Shown here: piece after piece, positions 7,541 to 12,946 of the stretch | Layout: each line of letters opens with the position of its first letter | Numbering within the stretch: the first letter of the stretch is position 1 | Assembly (NCBI GenBank): GCA_044866005.1 | Contig: JBIOTN010000047.1 | Coordinates: 1 to 12,946, forward strand | Reading direction: 5' to 3' | DNA length: 12,946 bases | Source: Candidatus Rokuibacteriota bacterium | GTDB lineage: Bacteria > Methylomirabilota > Methylomirabilia > Rokubacteriales > DASRDR01 | The notes under the pieces: model-generated | What the model was told of the DNA's origin: nothing | Seen by the model: the letters and a program-made list of their open reading frames with translations, nothing else | Database searches by the model: none | Translations under genes and position numbers: made by a program

Positions 7541-7829
7541 CGCGGGATCCGACCGTACCCGGCTGGCGCTCACCGGCCACGCGGACATCTTCGAGGCCGC
7601 CGCATTCCACAAGGTGCTGCTTCAGGTGGCGGACAGCGGGGCCCCCACCGAGGTGGATTTGGCCCCGTGCACGGACCTGGACGGCGCCGCGCTTCAGCTG
7701 CTGCTCGCCCTTCGCCGGGCCCTGGAGGCGCGGGGTGGCGGGATCTCGTTCGTGCGCGCCGGCGGCCGCGTCGGCCAGCTCCTCGCGCGCTTCGGGCTCG
7801 CGGCAGGAGCGGCGCGTTCCGAGCGCTGA
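7524..7829 (+). CDS. STAS domain protein (anti-sigma-factor antagonist-like, chemotaxis-associated)
   Basis: SD AGGAGG 7511-7516. 101 aa with LALTGHADIFEAAAF, VDLAPCTDLDGAALQLLLAL and LLARFGL, a typical small STAS pattern. Overlaps the cheB end by 17 nt. Confidence 0.85.
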   Translation: MPWSLDAGSDRTRLALTGHADIFEAAAFHKVLLQVADSGAPTEVDLAPCTDLDGAALQLLLALRRALEARGGGISFVRAGGRVGQLLARFGLAAGAARSER

Positions 7830-7917
7830 TCCTCCGGCGCGACCGGCCCGGGGCCCTCTACCGACCAGGATTCCGAAAGAGGACGCCTACCGGATAGAGA
7901 GCGCTCGCGCGTCACAA

Positions 7918-7998
7918 CGAAGCGCTCCGAGCGGCGGCTTCCGCCGCCGCAACCTCCCGGGGGGTTCCTCAAAGGGGGGCAGCGCCCGCCTTTGAGGA
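7918..7998 (-). repeat. REP-like double-hairpin element, copy A
   Basis: Stem TCCTCAAAGG...CCTTTGAGGA (7966-7998), stem GCGGCGGC-ttcc-GCCGCCGC (7931-7950), and a 16-mer at 7918-7933 that is the exact reverse complement of 11571-11586. Confidence 0.8.
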
Positions 7999-7999
7999 C

Positions 8000-9346
<1,347 letters not shown>

Positions 9347-9358
9347 CCGAGATCAGTT

Positions 9359-9388
9359 AAAATACGCGCCTGGTCAATTTCTTGTCAA
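9359..9388 (-). promoter_or_regulatory. Putative sigma70 promoter of the response regulator
   Basis: Minus strand TTGACA (9388-9383) - 18 nt - TATTTT (9364-9359) in a conspicuous AT-rich patch; the -10 ends 12 nt before the ATG. Confidence 0.6.
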
Positions 9389-9516
9389 TTTTTCCGGGCG
9401 GGAGTTCCTCGGACGGCGGTGTCGGCTCCCGGACGCTCGGCGCCATGCGGGGTTCGGGGCGTCGGGCGGGGCTCCGGGGGGCGCCCGGGGGGGACGGGAC
9501 GAGGAGGGAGGCAGCC

Positions 9517-10311
9517 ATGGGCGGCCGGACCGTGCTCGTCGAGCAGGAGAGCGGCATCGTCACCCTGACGCTCAACCGGCCCGAGGCCCGGAACGCGCTG
9601 AGCCTGGAGATGCGGGAAGAGCTCGAGGAGCGGCTGCGAGGGCTTGCGGCCGAGCCGACCGTGCGGGTCTTGATCCTCCGGGGCGCCGGGGAGCACTTCT
9701 GCGCCGGAGGCGACGTGAAGCTCATGCAGGCGCGTCCGATGAGCGCGGCCGAGGGGGAGGCGCGCGTCACGGCGATGAACCGCGCCGTGCTCGCGCTCGT
9801 CCGCTTCCCCGCGCCGACGATCGCGATGGTCGACGGCTTCGCCGTCGGGGCCGGCTGCAATCTGGCGCTGGCCTGCGACATCGTCGTCGCCGCCGAGCGC
9901 GCCCGGTTCGGCGAGGTGTTCGCCCGGCTCGGGCTCATCCCCGACGCGGGCGGCAGCTACCTGTTGCCGCGCCGGGTCGGGCTCGCGAAGGCCAAAGAGC
10001 TCTGCTTCACGGGCGAGGTCATCGAGGCCGCCGAGGCCGGGCGGATCGGGCTCGTCAACCGGGTCGTGCCGGCGGCGGAGCTCGAGACCCGGACGCGCGC
10101 GCTGGCCCGTCAGATCGCCGCGGGGCCGGCCCGGGCGGTCGCCATGACCAAGGCGCTCCTCGACCGGTCGCTCGGGCTGGATCTCGAGACGAGCCTCGCG
10201 TGGGAGGCGCTGGCGCAGGGCCGGCTGATCGAGTCGGTCGACCACCGGGAGGGGCTGGCTGCATTTCTGGAGAAGCGGCCGCCGCGGTTCACCGAAGGAC
10301 GCGGGACGTAA
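9517..10311 (+). CDS. Enoyl-CoA hydratase/isomerase (crotonase) family protein, PaaG-like isomerase subgroup
   Basis: ATG 9517 follows GGAGG. LTLNRPEARNAL, FCAGGD, AVGAGCNLALACD, GLIPDAGGS (Asp present, both hydratase Glu absent), EGLAAFLEKRPPRF. Confidence 0.93.
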   Translation: MGGRTVLVEQESGIVTLTLNRPEARNALSLEMREELEERLRGLAAEPTVRVLILRGAGEHFCAGGDVKLMQARPMSAAEGEARVTAMNRAVLALVRFPAPTIAMVDGFAVGAGCNLALACDIVVAAERARFGEVFARLGLIPDAGGSYLLPRRVGLAKAKELCFTGEVIEAAEAGRIGLVNRVVPAAELETRTRALARQIAAGPARAVAMTKALLDRSLGLDLETSLAWEALAQGRLIESVDHREGLAAFLEKRPPRFTEGRGT

Positions 10312-10340
10312 GGTCGCGGCGCTGCGGACCATTCCTTTCC

Positions 10341-10370
10341 TTGACAGCCGTCATGTGTGGATAGTACGGT
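10341..10370 (+). promoter_or_regulatory. Putative sigma70 promoter of fabH
   Basis: TTGACA (10341-10346) - 18 nt - TACGGT (10365-10370), 39 nt upstream of the ATG. Confidence 0.5.
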
Positions 10371-10409
10371 AGGCGCACTGTCCTCGAGTCGTCGCGGCGA
10401 AAGGCGAAC

Positions 10410-11504
10410 ATGAAGAAGGCCAAGATCATCGGGACCGGGATGGCCGTCCCGGAATGCGTGGTCGACAACCATCTGCTCGCGCGCTGCTTCACGACGTCGG
10501 ACGAGTGGATCAGACAGCGCACGGGCATCAAGGAGCGGCGCGTCTCGCCCAGCACGTACCGGTTCCTCTGCCGGCTCGCGGAGGCCCCCGACAAGGAGGC
10601 GTATCTCCGGGAGGTCTACGCCCGCGGCGTGGACGGCGGGATCGACGCGGCCCTGACCCCGGCCGACCTGGCGTATGAAGCGTCGCAGATGGCGCTGAAG
10701 AACGCGGGTCTGCAGATCGAGGACATCGATTTCGTCGTGGACACGACGACCATCCCGGAGTACGCGTATCCGCACACGGGGTGCGTGATGGCCTCGAAGT
10801 TCGGGCTCACCAGCACGCCGGTGCTGAACCTCCAGCAAGGCTGCTCGGGGTTCATCTACGCGCTGGCGACGGCCGACGCCTTCATCCGGATGGGGACCTA
10901 CGAGCGCGTGCTCGTCGTCGGCGCCGAGATGCTCTCCACGATGCTGGAGTACACGGACCGCGGGCGGGACATGGCGGTGCTCTTCGCCGACGGCGCGGGT
11001 GCCGTGGTGCTGCAGGCCGTCGACGCGAGCTCGCGGAGCGGCCTCATCTCCCATCATCTGCACACCGACGCCACGATCCTCGACAAGCTCTACGGCGAGA
11101 TCTACGGGAACTCGACCTTCCCGCTGGTGTCGAAGAAGAAGATCGACGACGGCCGCGCCCGGCCGCGCATGAACGGGCGCTCGGTGTTCGTGCAGGCGGT
11201 CCGCCGCTTCAAGGAGGTCATGCACGAGGCGCTCGCGGCCAACGGCTTCTCGCCGGCCGACGTGGACCTCTTCCTCTTCCACCAGGCCAACCTGCGAATC
11301 ATCGACGCCATCGCGACACACGCGAAGATCCCGGCGGAGAAGATGTTCAGCAACGTCCACAAGTACGGGAACACCTCCGCGGCGTCCGTCCCGATCTGCA
11401 TGCACGAGGCCTTCACGGAGGGGCGGATCCGGGAAGGCGACCTGGTCCTCACCGCCGCCTTCGGCACCGGCTTCGCCTGGGGCGCGACGCTCCTCCGCTG
11501 GTAA
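10410..11504 (+). CDS. fabH: 3-oxoacyl-ACP synthase III family protein
   Basis: TSDEWIRQRTGIKERR, catalytic Cys in QQGCSGF, LFADGAGA, MNGRSVF, His in FHQANLRI, Asn in YGNTSAAS, AFGTGFAWG. Confidence 0.95.
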   Translation: MKKAKIIGTGMAVPECVVDNHLLARCFTTSDEWIRQRTGIKERRVSPSTYRFLCRLAEAPDKEAYLREVYARGVDGGIDAALTPADLAYEASQMALKNAGLQIEDIDFVVDTTTIPEYAYPHTGCVMASKFGLTSTPVLNLQQGCSGFIYALATADAFIRMGTYERVLVVGAEMLSTMLEYTDRGRDMAVLFADGAGAVVLQAVDASSRSGLISHHLHTDATILDKLYGEIYGNSTFPLVSKKKIDDGRARPRMNGRSVFVQAVRRFKEVMHEALAANGFSPADVDLFLFHQANLRIIDAIATHAKIPAEKMFSNVHKYGNTSAASVPICMHEAFTEGRIREGDLVLTAAFGTGFAWGATLLRW

Positions 11505-11509
11505 TCCCC

Positions 11510-11586
11510 TTGGAGGGGGCCTCGACGGCCCCCTCCAAAGCCTCCCCCTCGGTGGCGCCGGCGAAGCCGGCGCTCGGAGCGCTTCG
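11510..11586 (+). repeat. REP-like double-hairpin element, copy B
   Basis: Perfect 12-bp stem TTGGAGGGGGCC-tcgac-GGCCCCCTCCAA (11510-11538), 8-bp stem GCGCCGGC-gaa-GCCGGCGC (11555-11573), tail TCGGAGCGCTTCG. Confidence 0.8.
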
Positions 11587-11662
11587 ATCTACGGTCGGAG
11601 TCTGCTTGCGGGGTTGACCGCCCCCCGAGCCTCGGCGCCTCTCGGACCGTACTCGGGGCCGA

Positions 11663-12379
11663 TCAGCTCCTGAGGCGTCGCCGCGCGGCGAGGAGCTGGG
11701 GAGCGACGAGGCCGACGAGGAGAACGAGAGACAGCCACGCGTAGACGGGGCGCACCGGCAGGAAGAGCGAGGCCCCGTACGTCGACGGCGCGGCGCAGGT
11801 CGTGCTGGTGGCTTCATCGGCCGAGACGAAGTCGACGCCGACCGCGCCCTGCGTCTCGGCTCGCTGTCCCCGCCCCGTCCGGCCGCGGAAGACGACGTCG
11901 GCGGTGGCCGCGATCGGCCCACCCACGCCGGCGAGCGGCGCCTCGTTCTTCGCCTGGGCCGGCACCAGGATGATCCCGAACGTCACGGTATTCCCGCTGA
12001 CGGCGCCCATGGAGACCGCCCCCGCCGGCACGACCACGCCCGCGTTGAAGGTGAACGGCCCGGGGGCCGGCCCCCCGTCGAGCCGCGTGAGCTTGACCGT
12101 GTAGGACTCGATCTGGACGTTGTCGAGGCTCGTCGGCGCCGTCACCGTCGGGTTTTTGAGGTTGTTGCTCAGCGTGACGCAGACCTGCGTCGTCCGGCTC
12201 CGGTCACTGAGGGACGAGGTGACCGTGCCGACCGCGTTCGTGCCGTTGGTCGAGAACCGCTCCACCGAGAGGAAGGTGAAGGCGCTCCCGCCGTGGCCGG
12301 ACCCGCCGCCGCAGCCGGCGAGGAGGAGGGCGAGGACCAGCGCGGCAAACGCGGGGCGGCCGAGGCGGCTACCGTTCAC
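11663..12379 (-). CDS. Hypothetical lipoprotein with a beta-rich domain and a C-terminal TM helix plus basic tail
   Basis: GTG start follows GGAGG. Lipobox LLLAG|C then a Gly/Ser linker and a Thr/Val-rich beta-type body. Ends VYAWLSLVLLVGLVAPQLLAARRRLRS*. Overlaps the secretin stop by 11 nt. Confidence 0.82.
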   Translation of the reverse strand: MNGSRLGRPAFAALVLALLLAGCGGGSGHGGSAFTFLSVERFSTNGTNAVGTVTSSLSDRSRTTQVCVTLSNNLKNPTVTAPTSLDNVQIESYTVKLTRLDGGPAPGPFTFNAGVVVPAGAVSMGAVSGNTVTFGIILVPAQAKNEAPLAGVGGPIAATADVVFRGRTGRGQRAETQGAVGVDFVSADEATSTTCAAPSTYGASLFLPVRPVYAWLSLVLLVGLVAPQLLAARRRLRS

Positions 12380-12946
12380 TGGAGGGCCCTCCGAAGCCGG
12401 GCGGGGACGGCGAGGGCGGCGCCTGGGCCGGCGGCGCCGGCGGCGGCGGGGCAGGCTCGGGCGCCTCGGGCCGCAGGATGCTCGGGTGCGTGCGGAGGTT
12501 GCGGATCAGATCGGGCCGCTGGGCCCGGATCTGGTCCAGGAGGTCGCGCGCCTCGGTGGGGTCGCCGATGACGCGCGGCGTGATCAGCAGCAGCAGCTCG
12601 GTCCGCCGGAAGATCTCGCTGTCCCTCCCGAAGAGGAAGCCGAGGTAGGGAATCCGCGAGAGCCCCGGGATTCCGACTCGGCTGCTCTCTCGCCGGGTCT
12701 GGATCAATCCGCCGAGGACGAGCGTCTGGTTGTCGTGGAGGACGACGGAGGTCTCGGCCTCCCGCTTGATGATGTTCGGTGAGCCGCTTGGCGGTTGCGG
12801 CGCCCCGACGTCGTTCACGGTCTGCTTCACGTCGAGGGCGACGACCCGCTTGTCGCTGATCCGCGGCGTCACGGTCAGGATGATGCCGGCGTCCCGGTAC
12901 TCGATGTTCTGCGTGAACACGCCGGTCGGCTGCTGCTGCTGGGCGA
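12369..12946 (-). CDS. gspD: Secretin, C-terminal fragment (type II secretion GspD-like; 5' truncated by the window edge)
   Basis: IEYRDAGIILTVTPRI, REAETSVVLHDNQTLVLGGLI, GIPGLSRIPYLGFLFG, RTELLLLITPRVI, then an S-domain-like helix and a Pro-rich tail. The frame stays open to the window edge. Secretin is secure; the GspD subtype is less certain without the N-domains. Confidence 0.88.
   Translation of the reverse strand, partial: AQQQQPTGVFTQNIEYRDAGIILTVTPRISDKRVVALDVKQTVNDVGAPQPPSGSPNIIKREAETSVVLHDNQTLVLGGLIQTRRESSRVGIPGLSRIPYLGFLFGRDSEIFRRTELLLLITPRVIGDPTEARDLLDQIRAQRPDLIRNLRTHPSILRPEAPEPAPPPPAPPAQAPPSPSPPGFGGPSSER

Noticed and set aside
12381..12398. Palindrome GGAGGGCCCTCC followed by GAAGCC, resembling the repeat element
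   Set aside because: It lies in secretin coding sequence, contains the lipoprotein SD on the minus strand, and lacks hairpin 2 and the tail.

Overview
GC-rich bacterial window with three parts. (1) 1-7829 (+): the 3' half of an F7-type chemosensory operon (MCP fragment, 36H MCP, cheW, cheR, cheD, cheB, STAS protein; cheA/cheY are not in the window). Three exported redox-protein genes are interleaved with the receptors: a MauG-type diheme peroxidase (His/Tyr heme), an amicyanin/MauL-like type-1 copper protein and a tandem diheme cytochrome c. This redox-protein-plus-chemoreceptor block is the best candidate for an undescribed system. (2) 8000-11504: an orphan sigma54 response regulator (-), divergent from a PaaG-like crotonase and a FabH carrying a ~30-aa insertion (+). 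(3) 11663-12946 (-): the 3' end of a GspD-like secretin and a lipoprotein that also has a C-terminal TM/Arg tail. Both convergent intergenic gaps hold a copy of the same structured double-hairpin repeat, with a compensatory base change. Family calls come from motif reading and recalled sequences; no searches were run.
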